Source: Phycisphaerae bacterium (GTDB taxonomy: Bacteria; Planctomycetota; Phycisphaerae; UBA1845). Taken from it: 64,000 nt of DNA. A program made the position numbers and the translations under genes. Where the stretch lies: the NCBI GenBank assembly GCA_029260015.1, contig JAJDEB010000034.1, positions 49,546 to 113,545 of the forward strand, written 5' to 3'. Below the pieces are notes generated by a model that did not search any database, was not told where the DNA came from, and saw only the letters and a list, made by a program, of their open reading frames with translations. This document shows, one piece after another, positions 48,915 to 57,471 of the stretch (the stretch's first letter is position 1; each line of letters begins with the position of its first letter).

Positions 48915-49435
48915 GAGAGCGACTCCGATACAGCAGCCGGTGCAGTCTTCCACTCCGGTTCCTTCTGACCTTCATCCGAACGGACCCAGTCGAGATACCC
49001 AAATCGCCATTCGTAGAGGAACCCAACTAAAATCGGCACGAGGAAAAACAGCATGCCGAACAACGCGAGCGATCCGTTTCCGGCATCTCTGAACTGACGG
49101 AACACCACTGCCCACGGCCAAAGCATGGCGATTTCAACGTCGAATACAATGAAGAACAACGCGACGATATAGAAACGAAGGTCGAACTGCACCCAGCTTT
49201 CACCGATCGCAGGTTCACCGCATTCGTAAGTGGAGGCCTTTTCGGGGTGTGGCAACTTCGGACGGATTAAGCTGCCCGCAAACAGCGCCGCGACAATGAA
49301 GACAATGCCCGTCACCGTAAAGAGCATGATGCCGAAGACAAGTTCGACATTGGTATCGCCAGGATCAATCGTTGTGTTTGCGGCCGCACTCGCAGCGATG
49401 GAGTTTATTGTCTGAATCAGGGGGCTAATGCACAT
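48911..49435 (-). CDS. nuoA: NADH-quinone oxidoreductase subunit A
   Basis: TYECGE, FIVFDVE, LYEW. Confidence 0.95.
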   Translation of the reverse strand: MCISPLIQTINSIAASAAANTTIDPGDTNVELVFGIMLFTVTGIVFIVAALFAGSLIRPKLPHPEKASTYECGEPAIGESWVQFDLRFYIVALFFIVFDVEIAMLWPWAVVFRQFRDAGNGSLALFGMLFFLVPILVGFLYEWRFGYLDWVRSDEGQKEPEWKTAPAAVSESLS

Positions 49436-50100
49436 TAGGAATCAGAGCCCTCCTCATTTGCGTCAGCCTTGGGCGGTTCTTCCTTCTTGGGTGCGTCGGA
49501 CTTTGCCGGTGGCTTTGCTTTGGGTGGAGGCTTCTGCTCGGTTAGCGCTTCGACCATGACCTGATGACGCCCGCCGGCTTTGTCGACCCATTCCTGCTTG
49601 CGGTCCTGAGCCCATGCGGGAAGCTTGTCTTTCTGCATCCACAAGGGACGCGGGGTCTGCAAGCCCTCCTTCGCCAGATCGGTAAACTCAACAACCATCG
49701 ACTTGCGATCGTATCCCGACATGTCATGGACATTGCCCATGTGAATGCAGTCCGTCGGACATGGCGGGACGCACAATGCACAGAACATGCATTTGGAATA
49801 ATCGATGGCGTAGCGGGTCATCGCCCCACCTTTAGCCACCCCGGTCTCCTTGTCGATCTTGCGCGGGCCGGTTTTTTCGATATAGATGCAGTCCACCGGA
49901 CAGGCCTTTGCACACATGTCGCAGGCGATGCACTTTTCGATTTCAAACCAGTGAAAACCGCGGTACCGCTGCTGAAGTGCTGGTGCTACGTCGGGGTATT
50001 GCAACGTGATCGTCTTGGCGAAGCAGTAGCGGATGGTGATCCGCATACCGATCAATATGGTCCGCAGCGATGAATAGATGTTATGAAAATAGTCGCGCAT
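49435..50100 (-). CDS. nuoI: NADH-quinone oxidoreductase subunit I (2x[4Fe-4S]), first gene of the operon
   Basis: TLQYP, RYRGFH, CIACDMCAKACP, CMFCALCVPPCP. Confidence 0.93.
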   Translation of the reverse strand: MRDYFHNIYSSLRTILIGMRITIRYCFAKTITLQYPDVAPALQQRYRGFHWFEIEKCIACDMCAKACPVDCIYIEKTGPRKIDKETGVAKGGAMTRYAIDYSKCMFCALCVPPCPTDCIHMGNVHDMSGYDRKSMVVEFTDLAKEGLQTPRPLWMQKDKLPAWAQDRKQEWVDKAGGRHQVMVEALTEQKPPPKAKPPAKSDAPKKEEPPKADANEEGSDS

Positions 50101-50181
50101 GGCTCCCGTTTCGCCTTTCGGTGATGCCTGGTTGCCTAACCATTTGCAATCAATACGGCTCTGGCGTCACCGTGGGCTGGG

Positions 50182-50210
50182 ATTCTAGGCATCCCGCGAA
50201 TAAGTCGCAA
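50182..50210 (-). promoter_or_regulatory. Putative sigma70 promoter of the nuo operon
   Basis: Minus strand TTGCGA-N17-TAGAAT about 80 bp upstream of nuoI. Confidence 0.55.
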
Positions 50211-50310
50211 CCGTTTATCCTCAGAAACACTCGGCATTTACGAACATTTTTGTCCAACGCAAACCGATTGAAATCTGCGCCTGTGAAATACTGAGCAAAT
50301 GATTCTTGCG

Positions 50311-51492
50311 TTAATCGACGCGTTCAATAGCAATCGCACTGGCCTCTCCACCGCCAATGCACAGTGCCGCAATTCCAATACGCTTCTTAGACACCGCCAA
50401 GGCCTGAGCCAACGTGATCGTGATCCGCGCACCTGTCGCACCCAGTGGATGCCCCAGTGCCACTGCCCCGCCAAACACGTTTACTTTGGCATGATCGAGT
50501 TCCAAATCTCGGATCGCCGCCATCGCGACGACCGAAAATGCTTCGTTGATCTCGAACAAATCGACGTCGGCTAGTTTGAGGTTCAATCGATCGGAAAGCT
50601 TGCGGATCGCGTGAATGGGCGCGATCGTGAATTGGGTCGGTTCCATCGCAACGTTGGCGTGCCCGAGGATGCGGGCCTGCGGTTTGATCCCCAGGGCTTT
50701 GAGGCGATCCTCACCGACCACCACGCAGGCAGCCGCCCCATCGTTGATGCTCGACGCGTTGCCCGCAGTGACCGTTCCATCTTTGCCAAATGCAGGACGC
50801 AGCGCCGCGATCTTTGCTTCAACGAACTTCTCGGGGTTCTCGTCCTTATCGACGATCGTGCTGCCTTTGCGACTTTTGACTTCGACGGCTTCGATCAGTG
50901 CGGCACTGATGCCTTCATCGCGAGCTTTGATGGCGCGCTTGAAACTTTCGATGGCAAATGCATCCTGCTCGTCGCGCGAGAACTTGTAATCGGCAGCGGT
51001 CTTGTCACCACAGTTGCCCATGTGGACGTCATTGTAAACGTCCCACAAACCATCGTGCACCATCGAGTCGATGACCTGCCCGTGTCCCATGCGATAACCC
51101 GAGCGCGCCTGGGGCAGCAGATACGGAGCACCCGACATGCTCTCAACGCCCCCAGCCATAGCCAGTCCCATGTCATCGCATTGAATCGCCTGGGCTGCAT
51201 GGATGATCGCCCGCATCGACGAACCGCAGACTTTGTTGACCGTCGTGCAACCGACTTCGTTACCGATGCCAGCCCCGAGGCTGCATTGTCTTGCAATGTT
51301 TTGACCGAGTCCCGCGCCGATGACGTTGCCCATAAACACTTCGTCAACGTCGGTCGGCTTGACGCCAGCACGTTTCAGAGTTCCCTTGATCGCGGTCGCC
51401 CCCAGTTCGGCAGCAGGTACCGTCGATAGGGTTCCTTGAAACGCGCCGAACGGGGTTCTGCATCCGCCTGCGATGTAAACGTTTTTGAGCAT
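50311..51492 (-). CDS. Acetyl-CoA C-acetyltransferase (thiolase)
   Basis: NKVCGS, EINEAF, GHPLGATG, LCIGGG. Confidence 0.96.
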   Translation of the reverse strand: MLKNVYIAGGCRTPFGAFQGTLSTVPAAELGATAIKGTLKRAGVKPTDVDEVFMGNVIGAGLGQNIARQCSLGAGIGNEVGCTTVNKVCGSSMRAIIHAAQAIQCDDMGLAMAGGVESMSGAPYLLPQARSGYRMGHGQVIDSMVHDGLWDVYNDVHMGNCGDKTAADYKFSRDEQDAFAIESFKRAIKARDEGISAALIEAVEVKSRKGSTIVDKDENPEKFVEAKIAALRPAFGKDGTVTAGNASSINDGAAACVVVGEDRLKALGIKPQARILGHANVAMEPTQFTIAPIHAIRKLSDRLNLKLADVDLFEINEAFSVVAMAAIRDLELDHAKVNVFGGAVALGHPLGATGARITITLAQALAVSKKRIGIAALCIGGGEASAIAIERVD

Positions 51493-51589
51493 CGAGATGG
51501 CTCCTGAAGATTAAAGGTTGTTGCTGGAATCTTACAGGAGCAGGCCGGAATCATCCAACCCGCTGCGCCGCGGGTGATGCGGTGCGCGA

Positions 51590-52894
51590 TCAGTCGGGAA
51601 TTTTGCGGCCATGCGGGTCCTCACCGAGGTCGCCCATTTCTTCTTTGAGCTGCTGGCTGAGATCGTCGCTGATGTAGTGTTCGACGCGTTCTGCCGGTTC
51701 GTGAAGGTGGTCGAGGGGCAGATCGAAGTGGGTGGCTAGGTACCCTTCCCACAGGCGATGGTCGCGCACGAGTTTGGTTGCGGCGTCTTTGCCTGCGGTG
51801 CTTAGTCGAATTCGATTGTCGCCGGCGTTTTCGATTGCACGCCGGCGCTGCAACGAACCGAAGGCGACCCGGGCCAACGTTCCCCTTCCGACCGCTTTCA
51901 TCAAATCATCTTTGAGAAAAGCTTCATCCGGGCGACGCTCACCCCATCGATACAAAATACCCAGCATGTCTTCGCGGACAATTTGAAGAGCCAGCTTTAC
52001 GCGGTGGTACCATCGCCCAACCAATCCGTAACGCGGTGCAAAGAGCAGAGTCAAAAAGAAAATCACGCCCGTCATCACTGCGATCATCGCAGCCGTTTCA
52101 ATTGAGACCGAAGGATCGAGTCCAATCCAAACCGGACCACGAAACGCAACAACATGACCCAGCACCGCCGAGATCGCGGCGATTACGACCGCGAGAATCA
52201 GTGTCATGCCCAGTCGGTCTGAAAGCAAACGCGCCGTCGCGGGTGGAACGATGAGCATGGCAATGACCAAAATAGAACCCACCGCTTCAAAGCTGGCCAC
52301 CGTGGTCACCGCAACCACAATCATCAAAAGATAGTGCATCAAGTTCGCGTTGATCCCCAGCGTGGTTGCAAGCTGCGGATCGAATGAGCAGATTTTCAGT
52401 TCCTTAAAAAACAGACACACGAACGCGATATTAAGCAAGAGCGCCAACCCAATGTTGATCACCGCCGGTGGAATGCCACCTTCTGGCGCATCGAGCGGTA
52501 TCAGCGATAGGTTTCCGTAAAGGACGCACCCCGGATCAAGATCAACGTGATCCGCCGCCTGCACAATCAGCACCAATCCCAACGCGAACAAGATGCTGAA
52601 CACAACACCCATCGCCGCGCCGCTTTCCACCTTGCCATAGCGCGTGATAACTTGCGTTCCAACTGCGGTGAATACGCCAACAATCACAGCCCCCAAAAAC
52701 ATCGGCAAGACGCCGCGACTGTGCGTGACGAGAAATGCGATTGCCAATCCCGGTAGAACCGCATGCGAAATGGCGTCACCCATCAGGCTCATTTTTCGCA
52801 AGACCAGAAACGTTCCGGGCAGGGCGCAGGCCATCGCCGCACCGGCACCTGCCGCGATAATCCAGCCGTCAATGAGCCAAGACCAATCCATCAT
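51590..52894 (-). CDS. Mn/Zn ABC permease (TroD/MntD-like) fused to C-terminal DtxR-type domain
   Basis: GDAISHAVLPG, SFDP; C-terminal LSTAGK...HRLWEGYL...HEPAERVEH. Confidence 0.9.
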   Translation of the reverse strand: MMDWSWLIDGWIIAAGAGAAMACALPGTFLVLRKMSLMGDAISHAVLPGLAIAFLVTHSRGVLPMFLGAVIVGVFTAVGTQVITRYGKVESGAAMGVVFSILFALGLVLIVQAADHVDLDPGCVLYGNLSLIPLDAPEGGIPPAVINIGLALLLNIAFVCLFFKELKICSFDPQLATTLGINANLMHYLLMIVVAVTTVASFEAVGSILVIAMLIVPPATARLLSDRLGMTLILAVVIAAISAVLGHVVAFRGPVWIGLDPSVSIETAAMIAVMTGVIFFLTLLFAPRYGLVGRWYHRVKLALQIVREDMLGILYRWGERRPDEAFLKDDLMKAVGRGTLARVAFGSLQRRRAIENAGDNRIRLSTAGKDAATKLVRDHRLWEGYLATHFDLPLDHLHEPAERVEHYISDDLSQQLKEEMGDLGEDPHGRKIPD

Positions 52895-54351
52895 GGTTTT
52901 GCCCCCGCAACTACCGCCACATCATCATCATGCGGCGACGGTGGAATATCCTGGCCCGCTTCCAGCGCCAGTTCCAATTCGTTGATGAGTTCTTCAGACA
53001 AGACGTGTTCAATTTCGTCGGCATCACGATCCACATGTGATGGAGCAATGTCCGCGTGTTCGATTAGGTACGTTTCCCAAAGGCGGTGGTTTCGCAAGAC
53101 GCGCTGCGCATGGGTCCGGCCGAGCTTGGTCAATTCAAGTTCCGACCAACTCTTCTTCGTGATCAGCCCAGATCCGGTCGCGCGCTTGGCCAACCGTCGA
53201 AGATCGCTCATCACCCAACTTCGCATCGTCAACAATTCATTGGAAGCAACTTCGGTAGGCCCGCCCTTGCGCTCTTCGATTTCGGCCATCGCGCGAAGCA
53301 GGTGTTGTAGAGCGATGCGGCGGCGCAGTCGGTAATGACGCACCGCGCCGGCGAGGATGCCGCGACGAAATGCGAATACCATGCTGAACAAGAACAACGC
53401 GCCTGCCGTCAAAACGATAATGGCTCCCGTCGGCATTTTTGGAAGCAGCGCGCTGAACGACGCACCCAGCCAACCACTGACCGCGCCGATGCTTCCGGCG
53501 AATATCGTCATTACCTTCAAATCGTCGGTCCAGAATCGAGCGGCGGCGGCTGGAATAATGAGCAGCGCAACAATCAGGATCAACCCCACCGCCTGCAGCC
53601 CAATGACGGTCGTCAGAACGACGAAACCCATCATCAGAAGATCGATCGACAGAACGCTTCGCCCCATCGATGCCGCGAAATCCTGATCGAAGCAGACAAT
53701 GCGGAACTCTTTGAACATCAGAATCGTTCCAACAACCACGACAATCGCGGCGATTCCGATCAGGAGCGCATCGCCCCGCACCATCGAAGCTGCTTTTCCG
53801 TAAATGAATTGATTCAAACCTGCAGCGTTTCCGTCGGACGTGGACTGAACGATACTCATCAGTGCCATTCCAGCGCCGAAGAATACGCTCAAAACAATTC
53901 CAATTGCCGCATCCTCACGAATACGCGAAGACTGGCGGATGGCCAGAACGGCAAGTACACCCAGAACTCCTGTCACGGTTGCGCCCAGCAGAAGATAGGT
54001 CAGGTTCTTTTGCCCGGTGATCAAGAACGCGATCGCCACTCCGGGGAGCGTCGCATGACTCAGCGCGTCACCCATCAGCGCGCGTCGCCGCAAGTAAGCA
54101 AACGTTCCAACGAGACCGGCAGCAAGACCAAGCAGTGACGTACCCAGCACGACGACTCGCGTGTTGTGATCGCGCAACATCGCCACACGCACGATGTTGT
54201 CCCAACTCGGCCAATCGAATCGGGTGTCGGTGATGGAGCGATGTGGAGTCGTTGAATCCAGCGCAAGTGCGATGGATGGCGTAGCGACCAGCACGCCGAG
54301 TAACCACGTGCCGATGAGAATCATTAAGATGGATCGGGTTGGTGATCGCAT
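52891..54351 (-). CDS. Mn/Zn ABC permease (TroC/MntC-like) fused to C-terminal DtxR-type domain
   Basis: GDALSHATLPG, PTGAIIVL; C-terminal LTKLGR...HRLWETYL...ADEIEH. Confidence 0.9.
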   Translation of the reverse strand: MRSPTRSILMILIGTWLLGVLVATPSIALALDSTTPHRSITDTRFDWPSWDNIVRVAMLRDHNTRVVVLGTSLLGLAAGLVGTFAYLRRRALMGDALSHATLPGVAIAFLITGQKNLTYLLLGATVTGVLGVLAVLAIRQSSRIREDAAIGIVLSVFFGAGMALMSIVQSTSDGNAAGLNQFIYGKAASMVRGDALLIGIAAIVVVVGTILMFKEFRIVCFDQDFAASMGRSVLSIDLLMMGFVVLTTVIGLQAVGLILIVALLIIPAAAARFWTDDLKVMTIFAGSIGAVSGWLGASFSALLPKMPTGAIIVLTAGALFLFSMVFAFRRGILAGAVRHYRLRRRIALQHLLRAMAEIEERKGGPTEVASNELLTMRSWVMSDLRRLAKRATGSGLITKKSWSELELTKLGRTHAQRVLRNHRLWETYLIEHADIAPSHVDRDADEIEHVLSEELINELELALEAGQDIPPSPHDDDVAVVAGAKP

Positions 54352-54363
54352 TGATTGATCGAC

Positions 54364-55179
54364 TTACCCGTTGCGGGCGATGGCTTCAGCCGCTTCTGAA
54401 AGCAAGGTCAACCGACCGCCATAGGTCTTTTGCAGGTTTTCCTCAGTGAATACCGACGCCGTCGGTCCGGAAGCGACGATTCGCATATTCAGGAGTAGAA
54501 CCTCGTCGAAATACTCCGGGACAGATTGCAAATCGTGATGCACCACCATTACCGTGCGACCGCGTTCTCTTAGTTGGCGAAGCAGCGTAACGATGGCCGA
54601 TTCCGTTGCGGCATCAACGCCGGCAAATGGCTCGTCCATAAAATAAACCCGCGCATCCTGCACCAATGCCCGAGCAAGAAACACACGCTGTTGTTGGCCG
54701 CCCGAAAGCTTGCTGATCTGCCGGTTCGCGTAGTCGCCCATACCGACTTGATGCAGAGCATGTTGCGCTGCGTCTTTGTCTTTCTTACCGGGAGGGAAGC
54801 ACCAGGGAATTTGGCCATACCGCCCCATCACGACCACATCGAGTGCGCTGGCTGGAAAGTCCCAGTCAACGCTTTCGCGCTGCGGGACATATCCAACCAT
54901 GTGTCGCTGCTCTTTGTAGCTTTTTCCATAAATACGCACGCTGCCCGATGCACATGGCACCAGGTCCAGGCATGCCTTAATCAGCGTACTTTTTCCTGCT
55001 CCGTTGGGCCCGACGATGCCAACGAGTTTTCCCTGAGGAGCTGCATAGTCGATGTCCCACAGCACCGGTTTTCGGTGATACGCCACGGTCATATCATGAA
55101 TTGACAGTGGCGAGTCGTCGTCGTGGTGAACGGCGTCCTGAGGAACCTTGTCATGGGGCAATGTTTGGGATGGTGTCAA
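54364..55179 (-). CDS. Mn/Zn ABC transporter ATP-binding protein (TroB/MntB-like)
   Basis: GPNGAGKS, YVPQRESVDWDFP, LSGGQQQR, DEPFAGVD. Confidence 0.95.
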   Translation of the reverse strand: MTPSQTLPHDKVPQDAVHHDDDSPLSIHDMTVAYHRKPVLWDIDYAAPQGKLVGIVGPNGAGKSTLIKACLDLVPCASGSVRIYGKSYKEQRHMVGYVPQRESVDWDFPASALDVVVMGRYGQIPWCFPPGKKDKDAAQHALHQVGMGDYANRQISKLSGGQQQRVFLARALVQDARVYFMDEPFAGVDAATESAIVTLLRQLRERGRTVMVVHHDLQSVPEYFDEVLLLNMRIVASGPTASVFTEENLQKTYGGRLTLLSEAAEAIARNG

Positions 55180-55203
55180 AGGAATGACCCCCGTGGTTGA
55201 ACG

Positions 55204-56196
55204 CTAATTTGAACCGGTCAGATTGCCTTGCATCCCTTTGGCGTCGGCATTTCCGCCGAGGGCACGGGTAATCGTGGTGACATTGTGATCGATCATACCG
55301 ATGTAGGTTCCTTCATAGGTACGCGTTTTGCCCATCGCGTCGGAGAACAGCGTTCCGCCGATCGAGACTTGATGATCGCGGGCCTTTGCCCCTTCGAGCA
55401 GCGCTTTGATGTTCTTGTCAGATACCGAGGTTTCGACGAACACAGCTTTGATTTCCCGCATGCAAATCATTTCCACGAGTCGATTGATGTCGGCGATACC
55501 CGCCTCCGATTCGGTGCTGATGCCTTGAATGCCACGGACTTCAAGATCGTAGGCACGCGCAAAATAGTTAAACGCGTCGTGAGCAGTTACCAGAATGCGC
55601 TGTTCGCGCGGTATCGTTGCGATGCTGGCTTTGGCGTAAGCGTCCAACCGATCCAACTCTGTCGAATATTGTTCATAGTTCTTTAGATAATACGAAGCAT
55701 TTGGCGGATCGAACTCGCTCAACGTTTTCATCACCATCTCGGTGCATTTCTTCCAAAGGTTGACATCCATCCAGACATGCGGGTCCGGATGGCCGGCAAA
55801 CTCTGGCGGCTCGAGCAGCAGTTGCGAATCGATCAACTCGGTGACGGCGAACACCGGCCGCGTCCTTCCGACACGAATGAACGCATCACTCATTTTTCCT
55901 TCGAGCATGAGCCCGCTGTAGAAAATGATGTCACTTTTGAGCAATCGGGCTATGTCATTGCGCGTCGCGCTGTAAAGATGGGGATCGATGCCCGCACCGA
56001 TGATGTTAATGACCTTGCCCTTGTCGCCAGCAATCTGCCCGACGATGTCCGCGACCATTCCGGTCGTGCAGGTGACGGAGTACGGATATTGTGTGGGTGA
56101 GGATGCAGCACCGGCAAAGGCCTTGGACGAAACCCCCGCCATCGCGATCAAGACACCAAATAGCTTCAAATGATTATTGCGAGTCATCCGTTGCAC
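55204..56196 (-). CDS. Mn/Zn ABC substrate-binding protein (TroA/MntA-like)
   Basis: DPHLY, DPHVWMD, TAHDAF, LFSD metal ligands; signal peptide. Confidence 0.95.
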   Translation of the reverse strand: MQRMTRNNHLKLFGVLIAMAGVSSKAFAGAASSPTQYPYSVTCTTGMVADIVGQIAGDKGKVINIIGAGIDPHLYSATRNDIARLLKSDIIFYSGLMLEGKMSDAFIRVGRTRPVFAVTELIDSQLLLEPPEFAGHPDPHVWMDVNLWKKCTEMVMKTLSEFDPPNASYYLKNYEQYSTELDRLDAYAKASIATIPREQRILVTAHDAFNYFARAYDLEVRGIQGISTESEAGIADINRLVEMICMREIKAVFVETSVSDKNIKALLEGAKARDHQVSIGGTLFSDAMGKTRTYEGTYIGMIDHNVTTITRALGGNADAKGMQGNLTGSN

Positions 56197-56260
56197 CCCT
56201 CAAATGGTTCCTGGCTGAAAGTTTCTAGACTTTCCTGTCGATATATTGACAGCGTTACAG

Positions 56261-56280
56261 AATATGGCCTATGCTATATT
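56261..56280. promoter_or_regulatory. MntR operator palindrome
   Basis: AATATGGC-CTAT-GCTATATT has one mismatch and resembles the E. coli MntR box (ATAGC-N4-GCTAT core). It overlaps the -10 of both divergent promoters. Confidence 0.75.
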
Positions 56281-56440
56281 GATAACCATCGACCGTCAAG
56301 TGTGACGCCATTAAAACAATGCGTTATTCTGTTCCCCTGTCTTATTCCGTTACCCCGCCTTGAAGAATGCGGGCCGGAGCAGCGGCAGGTCGTGCTTCAA
56401 CCTGGTGGGCAGGATTCACAGACCTTTAGGAATCAAACCG

Positions 56441-56890
56441 ATGAGCAAGTCAGAATCAAAACCAAGCACATCATCGGCTGGCGCTGTCGTCGCCAAAGCC
56501 CGCTTCGAGCGGATTCGCAAGGATCATGCACAGGAGTTGGCTGAGGATTATCTGGAGATGATTGACGACCTTACTTCCGCCAGCGGTGAGGCCCGCGCGG
56601 TTGATATCGCCGCCCAACTTGGCGTCAGCCATGTGACGGTGACCAAGACCGTTGCCCGTTTGAAGCGCGACGGACTGGTGACCTCACAACCGTATCGATC
56701 GATTTTCTTGACACCAAAAGGCAAACGTATTGCAGACAACGCACGCCGCCGCCATCAAACGGTATTGCAGTTCCTCCTGGCGTTGGGTGTGCCAGCCGAC
56801 TCTGCAGAGATCGACGCCGAAGGAATCGAACATCACATCAGCCCGGCGACCTTGCGGGCAATGCGCAAATACACCGATGAGAACAGCTAG
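56441..56890 (+). CDS. mntR: Manganese-binding transcriptional regulator MntR (DtxR family)
   Basis: HAQELAEDYLEMI, GEARAVDIA..LGVSHVTV, PYRSIFLT, DAEGIEHHIS. Confidence 0.93.
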   Translation: MSKSESKPSTSSAGAVVAKARFERIRKDHAQELAEDYLEMIDDLTSASGEARAVDIAAQLGVSHVTVTKTVARLKRDGLVTSQPYRSIFLTPKGKRIADNARRRHQTVLQFLLALGVPADSAEIDAEGIEHHISPATLRAMRKYTDENS

Positions 56891-57471
56891 TCGCAAAACG
56901 GTGCATTCTCTTTCATCACATCGCCGCACCACTGAAACGAATCGATCTTTTGGACGAACGAGTCGCCTACTGATAATCGATCACGAAGTTCGCGAATGGT
57001 TTCGCCGATCACTGGATGGCGTAATTCAGGCGCCACCTCGGCCAGTGGTTCCAACACGAAACCTCGAGCGTGCAACCGTGGATGCGGTATGGTCAGATTC
57101 GCAGTGTCGCGGACAATCCCGCCGCATAAGAGCAGGTCGATGTCGATGATCCGCGGGCCATTGGTTTCTGCGCGGACGCGTCCCATTCGTCGCTCGACGT
57201 TTAGCAGATGTTCCAACAACGCTGGTGCATCCAATTCGGTAGCCACTCCGACAACCGTGTTGTAGTAATTGGATTGACCCGGCGGCCCACCTACCGGTGA
57301 GGTTTCATACAAGTTGGCGGCTGAGCAAACCCTGATCACGCGGTCCTCAGAAAGTAACCGCACCGCAAGTCTGAGATTCTCTATTCGATCGCCCAGATTC
57401 GTGCCCAATCCGAGGTAGGCGCTTGGCAAGCGGCCCCCGGTTGATCGTCGCGTTTGATTATCGCGATTCAT
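56887..57471 (-). CDS. folK: 2-amino-4-hydroxy-6-hydroxymethyldihydropteridine diphosphokinase
   Basis: LGLGTNLGD, GPRIIDIDLL, IPHPRLHARGFVLEPL. Confidence 0.96.
   Translation of the reverse strand: MNRDNQTRRSTGGRLPSAYLGLGTNLGDRIENLRLAVRLLSEDRVIRVCSAANLYETSPVGGPPGQSNYYNTVVGVATELDAPALLEHLLNVERRMGRVRAETNGPRIIDIDLLLCGGIVRDTANLTIPHPRLHARGFVLEPLAEVAPELRHPVIGETIRELRDRLSVGDSFVQKIDSFQWCGDVMKENAPFCD

Noticed and set aside
20207-54138. Long antisense ORFs (20207-21097, 26313-27098, 36719-37657, 46766-47755, 50611-51429, 53335-54138)
   Set aside because: These are shadow frames of well-supported genes in GC-rich DNA and show no motifs.
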